From sequence record MT774394.1: DNA of 40,000 nucleotides; one strand, 5' to 3'. A program made the position numbers and the translations under genes. Each line of letters starts with the position of its first letter. The first letter of the stretch is position 1. This DNA comes from an uncultured phage cr271_1. Shown piece by piece: positions 1-12,000 of this stretch. The notes beneath the pieces were generated by a model that worked only from the letters and a program-made list of their open reading frames with translations, did no database searches and had not been told where the DNA came from.

Positions 1-1
1 T

Positions 2-3000
2 GCGTCTAGAGAGTTTGCTAAACGAGTTGCTGCTAACTTTATGTTAGACTTCTATCATCAACTTGCTCATGATTTTCATGAAAAGATTGAAGGTAGTAAA
101 AAAGCATATTTTGCAGATGCTGTTACAGGACGTATGGAAGAAATAATAGCAGAACGTCTATCAGCTATTACTAATATGTCTGAAGATGATATCTATGAAA
201 TAATTGATGAAGGAAATATTTCTAAACTTGAAGAATTGTTTGGTGATAATACTTCTATTCAGAATAAAAATCTTCTTGCAGTATACAAAGAAATGATTGC
301 TAATAGAGAAGGTTTCTTTACTGAAGTGTTTAGAGATAGTCGTCTTGGAGATTTACGTTTTGAGTCAGATGATGATATGTCAGAAACTGGTACATATGAA
401 TCAACTGATGAACAACAAGAAGGAGATGATAATACTCCAACTAATGAAGATGAGAATAAATCTCAAACAGATGATAAGAATAATTCTATTAAAGAACTTA
501 ATGAAAAACTTGGAGACTATAATAACTTTATGACTCATGTTGATATGAGTGTTAGAAGTTATCTTAATAGTCTTAAAAAGCTTAATAGTGAAATAGGTTT
601 TGATGGTCATTATGATTTCGATTTAAATAATGACCTTGGTTTACCTGATACTATGAATGCTGATGAATGTTGTGCAGTTCTTTATAGTTATGGAGATTTT
701 ACTAATCTAAAATCTATGATTGTTAGTATTCGTGAAATAGCTAAAAACATTCCTGGTTTTACTGCTTTCCATCAAATGGCAGATTATCTTGAAGAAAATG
801 GAGATTTTGCTTATGAGATATATCGTACATTTGGTAAGACTGTAATTAGTAAACTAGAAACTGTAATGGACGGAGATAAAGGTAAAAGTAGAACTAGTAA
901 TAGGTCTGCTGATAAACTTACAAGTCTTCGTTTTGAGTATCTCAATAGTGCAAAAGCTACAAGTATTCTTCTTGATGATATAAGTAGTAAAAATATTTAT
1001 AATGAATTATATCAAGATATTCAAAGTTTTAAGAGTCTATATGAAGATTCTAAAACAATGTCTACTGAAGAAGCAATGGATATTGCTGATTTGATGGCTA
1101 TAAACGATGAACTTGATAAACAAAAGAAAGATCTTGTTGCTAAGATTTCTTCACAACTTCGTAGATATTATCCTACTATAGAAGATACCGCTATTGCTAA
1201 TTACATTTCAAACGCACATGATGAAGATGTAGTTGGCAATCTTCTTAATTTAGCTCAACGACTTAAAGAAACTATTGATGCTAGTTATCTTACACAGCAA
1301 CAATATAATAGTCGTAAAGCAGAACTTGGTAGAGCTTGGGCTTTTAATAAAAAACTTGCACAAGATAAAGCAGAAGGTCTTCGTATGTCAGAAGAACCTA
1401 AAGATATGACTGATTTATATGCTGTAGATTATGTTGATCCTGCTACTCAAGCAGCAGCATTTAATCTTGCTAACGAATTAGTTAAATATACTATGGTTAA
1501 AACTGAACTTAACTCTCGTAATGTTCACGGTAACCAATCTTCTGATGTGATTAATAATAGTATGATAACAAACGTTATTAATACGCTTAAATCACAAACT
1601 GCTCTTGAAAACTTTGGTAAATATAAAGGACAATCTCGTCAATATGATTTCAGTAACATTATGATTGAACATTGGAATTATAAAAAAGATGAGAATGGTA
1701 ATATATTAAAGGATAAAGATGGTAATCCTATTAAAGATGGAAAACAACCTATAAATTACGGTTTGTTTACTCAAAATCCTGAAACAAAAGAACTTACTCC
1801 TACTCCTTATGCACAGCGTTTGATTAGAACAAGACTATTTAGTGGTGCTAGTGACATTATTACATCAAGTAATGTTCTTTATTCAGAAATGAGTAAAGGC
1901 GATTATGTTGCTACATCATTTCTTAATTTCTTTAATGTAGAAGAAAGCACAGAACCTGTTTCTGATAAAATTAGTATAAAGTTTGCTAATTACTTTATGC
2001 GTATTCCTTCAGATGCTCCTAAAAACTTTATTATGACTGCACCTAAATATAGTGTTGGTGAAAGTCGTGTTGGAGCTAATGATGGTTTATTTAGAATTGA
2101 GAATAAAGTTGAGGCTGATAAGAAGATTTATCAGCAAATAAACGGTATTGCTACAGTTGGAGAAGAATATGCTGCTCTTGAAGGTAATGCAGTTAAACGT
2201 TCTCTTAATCAACTTATTCATAATGTAACTTCAAGAAACATAAATAACATTGTTCTTCAAAATAAGAAAGCTATATTTGAAGAAAACCCTAAAGTTGGAG
2301 ATAAAGTTAATGTAACTTTTGATTATACTTCTAAAGACGGAGTATCAACACAATATGTTCTTGAAGGAACTCTTGCTAATGAAAACGGTAGACTTGTATT
2401 ACAAGCACCAGAATTTAAAGGTTTTGTTGGTGATACAAAATCTTCTGATGTTAATACAAGTTTATTTAATCATTTCCAAAAGAAACTTATTAAGAGTGGT
2501 GACATAAAGCGTAGTATTAATACAAATCATCCTATTTATCAACAATTCCGTCAAGTATTTGTACAAGAACTTAATGATGCTGCTACGGCACTTGATAGAT
2601 TCTTTGTTACAAAAAATGGTATGGTTAAATTAGATGATAATATTGATTCTCCTACCTATGGTCAACCTATATTTAGAGAAGGATTTGATAATAGTAAAGC
2701 TACTACAAGAAAATTGTATGCTGGCTATCATGTTGGTAAAGGAAAGAATATTCTTTCTATTGATGACAATGGTAAAGCTCATTTAACAGGTGCTGTATTT
2801 ACTAGTGATAGATTTAAGATTACTAAAACTAATAAAGATGGTTCTGTTACTGAACGAAACTATGGTCAAGAAATATTGGATGAAGCTGTGGATTTCCTTT
2901 ACGGGGGAGCTAATGGAAAGTATGTCCAAACTACTCGTAGTGATAATGGTGTTAGTGTAGTACTTAACGATGAACAAGAAGCTGCTATTGAACAAAAGCT

Positions 3001-6000
3001 TACTGAGTTTATTAATGATTATGTAGCAGATACTCAAGATAGAATGGAACAATATGAAGATTTTATTCCTTCTTATCTTATGAGTGACAATAATGTTGCT
3101 GAATTTGCTCTTAATCATCATCTTATGTATATCAACTTCAATGACTTATTTGAGGGTGATACTAAGTTTTATAAAGATACACAAACATTCCTTAAGCGTG
3201 CTAAAGAAGCACAAGGTTCAGGTGTTCCTTATGGTATTGTAGATTATAATATGGATTTATCTGCACCTAGAACTACTATTCCTAGTCATTTGAATACAAA
3301 AACTTTTGAACGTACTCTTGCTGATGGTAGTAAAGCAGTTTTAAATCAAAAAGCTTATGATGATGCTATAGCACAAGGAATGTCAGAAAAAGAGGCTAAA
3401 CGAGTAGCAAATATGATTACTCAAACTAATAAGTTTAGAGGAGTAACTATTAAAAATACTATTCGTACAAGCCAAGAAGTAGCAGTTAAAGGTGAAAATG
3501 GTGCTAAACAAGATGGTGCTGTCACTAAGAAACTTATTGAAGCTCTTCGTGCTTCAGGTATGACAGTAAAAGATGCTACAGATAAAGCTCGTCAAATGAT
3601 ATTGGGCTATCATGGTACTACTGTAAATGATGCTCAATCTTACATTACATTTGAAGAGTGGGTTCGTCGTGTATCTGCCCGTGGTCAACTTGAAAAGTAT
3701 ATGCCTTTAATTGAGGCTATTCTTGATGAAAGTAAACCATTAGATGCTAAAACTATAGGTGAATTTGTTCAAGTACAAAAGAATTTCTATTATGATCAAC
3801 ATTATAATGCTGAATTAGGAGTTATTGCTCCTCGTCAGATTAAGAATGCTGAATTTGTTCTTGTTCCTCGTCTTATTGAAGGTACTCAACTTGAACAAGT
3901 TTATAATCTCATGCGAGATAATGGTATTGACCAATTGAATACTGAAGAAACTTCTAAAGCAGGTAAAGCTAATGTATTAACTCTTTGGGATAACGATGGT
4001 AATCTTACTCAAGAAAACATTGATGACTTTAATGCTAATGCAGCTCAAGCGACTGAATTGTATAATTATAATTATCTGTATACTCAACAAGAAACTCCTC
4101 AGCATCTTGATGCAGAGAATAAAGCTGGTATTCAAATTATGAAGAAGATTCTTGATAATATTGATTCTACTAGTCCTCTTTGGGAAACTAAACAACATTT
4201 CTTCCGTCTTTATTCTGAAAACATCAAAGACAGTTTTGCTGAATTAATGGATGAATTCCAACTTGAAACTGATGAAAACGGTAATCTTAAACTTGATAAA
4301 GATGGAAATATTCAAGGTTTAGATTATCAATTATTTTTTACTAGATTGCAAGAAGAAGTTGCTCGACTAGGACTTGATAGTAATATGTTAGATTATGTTA
4401 CACTTGATGATACTCAAGTAAGTGATAAATCTAATAATAGTCCTCTTACTGGAGCTATTACTAAAATGCCTACTTATATGAGTAATGTTTCAACAAAACT
4501 TGAAAGTATTGCTCAAAGTTTGTTTAATAGTAGAATTACTCGTCAGAAACTTCCTGGTTTCCATGCTGCTCAGATTACTAATGTAGGATGGCACGCTATG
4601 AGTGATACTGTTCAAAAGAGAACTTATAGTAAAGACCTTAAGTACCATCCTGATGGTAAACCTTATGTGGAAATAATGCTTCCTAAAAGTGCTTTTAATC
4701 TTAAATATGAAAAGTCTGATGGAACTTTAAAAACTGATGAAGAACTTCTTGAAGAAATTCAAAATGCAAAAATTGATGAAGTAATTGGTTATCGTATTCC
4801 TACTGAAGGTAAACAATCAGTATGTATAATGAAAGTTGTTGGTTTTACTGATGACGCTCTCGGTTCTACTATTGTTGTACCTGATGACTGGGTTTCTCAA
4901 ACAGGTTCTGATTTTGATATTGACTCTGTATATGGTATTAACTATTCTACTTACATTGATGAAAATGGTGTAGTTCAAAAGAAAGAATATCATAAAGAAG
5001 CTACTAATACTGATTGGTTACGTTATCTTACAAAGAAGAAAAAAGATACTATTTTTAATGCAGTCTTTAAATCTGTAATGAAAGAAGAAGCTGATGCTTA
5101 TCATAATGTTACAGATAAAGTAAGACCTATAATTAAAGAAGTACAAGCTCCTTATGTAGAAGAACGTAAAGCAGAAGGTAGTAAAGTTAATGGTCGAGAA
5201 AGTTTTATTAATCAGATTAATGCTGTTATTAAACGTCTTAACCAAGAACTTGAAGATGCTTCTTATACTGAAGAAGAAAAAGCTAATATTCAAGAATTTA
5301 TTGATAAATGTGATACTCTTGCTACAATTCTTGATATAGAAAAGAAAACTCTAAGTACTAAAAAAGAAGAACGAGTTAATACTTTTATTGATAAGTATAA
5401 AAAAGAATTTAATAAGGCTGCTAAAGATAATAATATCACAACATATGATAATATAAATAGTATTCCTTCAGAACAGCGTAATACCAGAGATGCTAGAAAT
5501 AATGAAATTCTTGCATCTATGATTGAAATTCTTTCTCATCCTGCTGCTTTGGAAGAAAACTTATCTCGTTCTAACTTCGATGATATCATTGATGCTCGCG
5601 ACCAAGCAATTGATAAAAATATCGCTAAACGTCGTAAAGCTCGTAGTCCTTATAATTTCTTAGACCAAGCTGATTATCAAGAAGATGTAATGAGTGGTGC
5701 TAAACTTAAAGCATTTAGTGTTACTCGTGATACTTTCTGTTCTATTTGTAATACAGTTCGTCCTAGATTATTTGAAAGTCATCAAGTTAAGGTTGTATAT
5801 AGAGTAGTAGATGGTTATACTCTTAAGAATCTTAAAAAGTCTTTTAAAAATGTAGAAGAAATACAAGATGGTGTATTTGTGGTTACTCATGATACTTTTG
5901 GTTGGAGTAAAAATAACAAAAATGCTGCTGGTAAAATTCTTACTGCATATTCATCTCAGACTACTGCTCATATTCTTGATGCTGTAAAGGAAGGAGCTAT

Positions 6001-9000
6001 TCCTAATGTTAATGATTTGACTTTCCAAGTATATAAATTATTTCCTGATTTAGGTAGTGATTATAATACTGGTGTATCATTCATTATGCAACCTGGTATT
6101 AGTCGAATTGTAGCAGCTTATAATAGTAGTAAATCTATTTATAGTAGAGGTAAAAAGAATCCTATTCATGCTGCTATAAAGAGTGTTGCTAAAGAGCTTC
6201 TTGCTATGGATGGTATTAAAGTTACTGATAGAATGAGTGTAGATACTGTAATTAATATGTTACAGCGTTATAATTCTGAACTTTCTTCAATATTCGGTGC
6301 AGGTGGTCAAAAATATAAAATTAGTTTAGAAGATAAAGAGGTTGCTAAACTTCTTATTTCAGGTAGTAGACTTAAAGAACGTCTTAAAAGTGAAGGTGTA
6401 TTTGAAGGAAGCTCCCCCGTAGAAGAGAAGAGAAAGTTGCTTTTTGACCTTGGTACTATACTTCAGTATAATAAACTTTCACATTTAGGAAATTCTATTT
6501 CTGCTTATGCTAGAGTTTGTAATCCTGATAAGTTTGGTGCTAAGCAAACTATATTCTCTACTAATAAAGTATTTAGAGATATTAAGGATATTATAGCAGA
6601 TGAAAATCCTGCTATGTATATTCCTGGTGCTACTAAAAATGATAGTAATAAACATTTCCTTGAAGCTATTTATCCTGGTATAAGAGGAAGTCTTGAAGAG
6701 TTTATTCAAAGTTCTGATATGAATTCTGCTTATCCTCCTCTTCATTATTTCTTAAAATACGCTACTGCTACTTCTATTAAAGTAAATAGAACTCTGTTTG
6801 AAACACAAGACCCACGTTTTGTTGAAGAAATAATGAAACTTACTAATTCATTTAGTGGTGCTTATGCTAGAATGGATGAGAAAACTTATAAAGATTTTCA
6901 GAATTATGTTCTTAATTATCTTTATGGTAATACTCAAGCAGTTTCTTCTGCTATAACTTATGTACCTGGTCAAGGTTTTATGGTAGTAGCAGATAGTAAT
7001 AAAGAAGATGAACGTCGTAGAATATTTGGTTATGGTAAAGACCCTGATTTACGTGTTCAAGATGAAAACGGAGATTTGATAGAATTTAGAGTAAAAGATA
7101 TTAATAATCCTACTCAAAAGGAAATTGATGCTTTTGCTACTCTCAGTCCTGCTCAAAAAATTACTTGGATTCAAGGTCATTTTAGAGAAAGCGGTGTATT
7201 TAAATATATTAAAACTACTCTCTTTAATGAACGTCAATATAGAGCAAACAAAGCAGGTTCTCAAACTATAGAATTTGTTGAAGGAAATGCTAATATTGAA
7301 ACTGTTTATAACGAATTTGAAAAGTGTTTCTTTAATGATAATCCTTTAGTTGCATTAGCAGCTCTTGATATAGTCAAATATGCTTTTGCTGTTGAAGGTT
7401 TTAAAATAAAAAGAAATGGTGTTAGTAAAGTTATTAAAAATTCAACATTATATGAAGATCCTAAATTAGGAGGTACTGGTATTGTAACTGAATTAAATCA
7501 TGCTATTGGTACTATAGCTGACGGTTCTATTGATATGTATATGCTTCGTGACAGATTTGTTAGAAGTCATTCTACAATGTATCAAATAGAAACACATCGT
7601 GTTGAAAAGAATGATAAAAAGCAATATGAGTTATATCGTATGGACCATGGTATAATTCATATTGAAATGCAATATGCTGATTCTACTGCACAAGAACTTG
7701 CTGAAAAGTATGGAATGATATATAAAGTAGGTGAGAAAAATAACTATGGTGTAAATAGATATGTAAAACTTCGTTTTGGTAAAGATACAGTTTTATATAA
7801 AATTAAAGAATACTATGGTGAAATAATTGCTTATCCTCTTAATACTCTTGAAGAAAATGAAACTGATGATTGGTCTGTAAATGTTCAAAACAATAAATAT
7901 CCTGATAGTTCTTATTATGAGGAAATAATTGATGAATGGTATCATCCTGCTGAAGGAAGTACAACTACTTCTTTAAAGCAAATTATTGAATCTAAAAAAG
8001 ACAGTCTTGCTAATCATAGATTTGTTAATAAAAATAGAACTACAATGTCTACTTATGCTACAACATTTGATATAAATACTAAGAAAACAGTTGACACTGG
8101 TGGTTTTGAAGATGTAATAGATAAAGTTAATTCTTATTTTGCTCAGAATCCTAAAGGTAGACTTTATCTTAGAAGTGGAGCTTTAGCTAAGTATATAACT
8201 CACACTGGTCCTATTAATGGTAGTATTCAAACTATTAATGGTAAGGAATATCAAATTGTTAAAATGGACTTCAAGCGTTATAACGATATGTATATCGGAG
8301 AACGTAATAAAGACCGTGAAATTAAACGTGTTGATCCTCAAGTAAAAGAAATAATCGAAAGAGCTAGAGATGGAGGTTATAGAGTAAGTGATGCTTTCTA
8401 TATAGAACCTTATAAAGCTCCAGCTCCTAAAGATGAAACTCAAGAGGAAGAAGTTGAAGTAGTAAGACATTCTAGCGTTACTGAACTTGGAACTAATTCT
8501 ATGAATGCAATGTATCGTAGACAAGTTTCAGAAGGTGACATCGAAGCTGGTAAAGCACTTAGTAGATTATATGAAAAAGATATTAAAGCTAAGGACGCGT
8601 CTGTTAAATTAAATCTTGGAGAAGTTATTAGTACTTCTGCAGAATATGTTACTGTTACAACAAATAAAATTCTTAATGACCTTAAGTATTTTATTCAAGA
8701 TGAAACTGGTGTATATCATTCAGTTAACGATCCTGAAACTATAAATCTGATTCGTAATAATCCTGATGAAAGAGCTCGTTTCCTTAAAACTCTTCTTGAT
8801 GCAAGAGCCTTTGTACGAAACTATCGTATGATTAATGACCTTGATATTGATTCAGAAGATGAAGCACTTAGACGAGATTTGAACAAAATTAAAGATGCTA
8901 TTAATTCTCTTCGTAATGCTAATATTATAAATTATGCAGAAGAAAGATTTGCAAATGAATATCTTGCTAAACTTAGTGATAATCCTTTAGTACAACAAGA

Positions 9001-12000
9001 TATTCTTAGTTTGCTTGATGGTTATCATAGTGCTGGTGCTTTTGATGCTTGGGTTAATGACCTTCAAGAAACATCTAGTCCTCTTCTTCAGATTATAACT
9101 AAAGAAGTAATGGGTGATATTAGAGCAAAGGAAATGCAAGCTACTAAACGTGTTCGTGAGTTTAAAACTAAACTTAATGAACTTAAAAAAGCAGCTAAAG
9201 ACGCTGGTGTTACTATTGACTGGAAGAACATTATAGATGAAAATGGTAAGTTTGTTCAAAAATATAATCAAGCATTTACTGAAAAACTTGAAGAACTTCG
9301 TAATGCTGTTTATACTGCAAAAGCTGAACATGGAGAAGGTAGTATTGAGCATCTAAAAGCTAAGTTTGAGTATGATAAGTGGAAACTTAATCATGTCAAT
9401 CAACAACTTAAAGATGATTATTATCAGCGTAAACTTGAGTTAGAAGAAAAAATGCTTGGTGATGGCACTGCAGATAATTATGGATTCCCTGCTATATATG
9501 AAGCTTATAATAAACTTGCTACTAGACGTAGAGAAATTCTAAGCCATATAGTAAATGGTACTCTTGAAGAACGTTATCAAGAAGAACTTAAAAAGGTTAA
9601 ACAAGATATTGATAATCTTACTACACCTTATTTCTATGACGCTGCTACAGATACATTTATTGAAAAGTATAGTGTTGACGATCCAGAGAATCCTTTTACG
9701 GGGGAGCAAAAGCTAGTCTATAGCATAGATGCAGCTACTGCTCTTAAAGCTCATCTTGCTTCAATGAAAGAACTTAGAGATGAATATTATACTCATGATG
9801 CTAAGTTTGGCTTTGATGAAGAGCTTGAAAAGAATCTTGATACTATTAGTAACTATGAGATGCGTGATACTAATGGACGTATTACTACTCCTATAGTAGA
9901 ACTTATGAAACATGACGATTATGTTAAAGCTAAAGAATGGGTTGAACATAATGCTCGTTATGTTATGTCTCCTGAAACTCAAAAGTTTATCAATGATGCG
10001 TTTAAAGTTCTTCGTGAAGGAAAAGATGGTCGTGAAACTTTAGGTCTTCTTGCAAAACATAAGGATGCTTACGATACACATGGTGTTATTAACGCTATGT
10101 TGTTCGATGATGATGAAATTGCTAAAATCAAAGAAGAACAATTAGATAATTATAATATTCGTGAAGGTCAGCCTTATGCAGATAGAAGTTTGATTAGCAA
10201 TGCTCCAACAGATAGTACTCAATTTAAGGCTGCGTTCTATGCTAATATGAAATCTAATGGTATTCCTAATCAAGAGTATATTAAATTAGTAAATGAAATT
10301 AATTCTATTCTTGCTCCATATTACGAAACAGCAACTAGAACTTTACATACTTCTGAAATAACTGAAGAAGATCTAGAAAAACTTGCTGAATTATATGATA
10401 CTATAGAAAAAACAAAGAAAACCATAGATTCTACTAATGGTCGAACTGTTAGACGTTATATAAAAGATAATGTTGACTTTGTTGTTGATATGGAAAAATA
10501 TGAAGAGCAAAAAGAATATGCAAAACAAAAAGGTCCTCGTTATTTAAGACTTTGGCAAGATGTTAATGAACGTATCGAAGAAGATGATTCTGGCAATTTG
10601 ATTTTTGTACCTAATCGTAGAATATTTGGTTATGCTGTACCTAAAGGTTATAAAGCTGATGGCACTGGTGATAATTCTATGGTTGCCAAAAATAAAACTG
10701 ATGCTCTTGATATTGTTCATAACTATTGTAAAACAGTAAAGACTGAATACTATTATAAGAAATATAGAGAAATGAAAGCTAAAACAGAAGCAGAATTTAA
10801 TGCTTGGTATAAGGCTAATCACATTTATAATCCTTATAATCATACTTATGAACCAATTCAATGTTGGACTCGTATGGAAATTGAACCTATGAGCGATGAC
10901 GGTGAACATGAAGCAGCTGGTATGTGGGTTCCTGCATTTAATCAACTTGAAACAAGACCTAAAGACGGAAAAGACAAACATGGTAATCCTGATGGTAGTC
11001 CTGATATGACTAATCATAATTATCGTCATGGTATGAGTACTGCTGCTAATTATAAGTCTGAAGGTGCTAAATTTGATGATACATTAACTCCTGCAACTCA
11101 TAAGAATTATGCTGACGGAATAAATTATGATAATAATGCTGTCATGAATCCTTATGAACAACAAGTTAGTGAGTTTATGCAAGAAACTTTACAACAACTT
11201 GCACATACTACTTCTGCAAAACGTTATTTTGATAGAGGTTATATGCCTAGTCGTGCTAAACGACCTGAACGTGATGCTAAGTTCTATGCAAAAGAAGTTG
11301 TTAAGATGCTTGGTTGGATTGAAGGTGCTAGCGGACGTGAAGCTTGGTATGAAGATATCGATTATGCTAACGATAGAACTCCAGATATGCCTATGTTAAG
11401 TCAACTTAAATCTAAAGATAGTATTAAGATTGATTATAAAAAGCCTCAACGTTCTGAATATCCTGATACCAAAGAAGGTACTACTGAATACAATGCAAAA
11501 CTTGAAAAGTATAATAAAGATGTAAAAGATGCAGAAGAAGTAAATGCTAAAATACATCGTGAAATGCTTGATAATGATTGGGAATCTGTAATGGAAGAAT
11601 TTATTGAAAAAGCTGCTCACTTTAATGCTGTTCAAGATAATAAATATATGCTGTTCTATGCTAAGCAAATGCTTGATAAACTTGATGTATATGTTAAAAA
11701 TGAAGGTTTTAATGATTTACAAAGAGATGGTATTAACTCTTCAGAAGATCAAAATCGTTATGTAACTAAAAAAGATACAAGATTGCAAGAACAATATGTT
11801 AATTGGATTCGTAGACTTGTATATGATCAATGGAAGAAACCTAATAATCATCTTACTAAATATGCTAATATTCTTCAGAGTATGACATCTGCTAAATTTA
11901 TGATGCTTAATGTTACTGGTGGTATCGCTAACGTAACTTTAGGTGAAACTCAAATTCTTGGTGAAGTATTTGCTAAAGAATATTTTGGTAAGAAAACTTG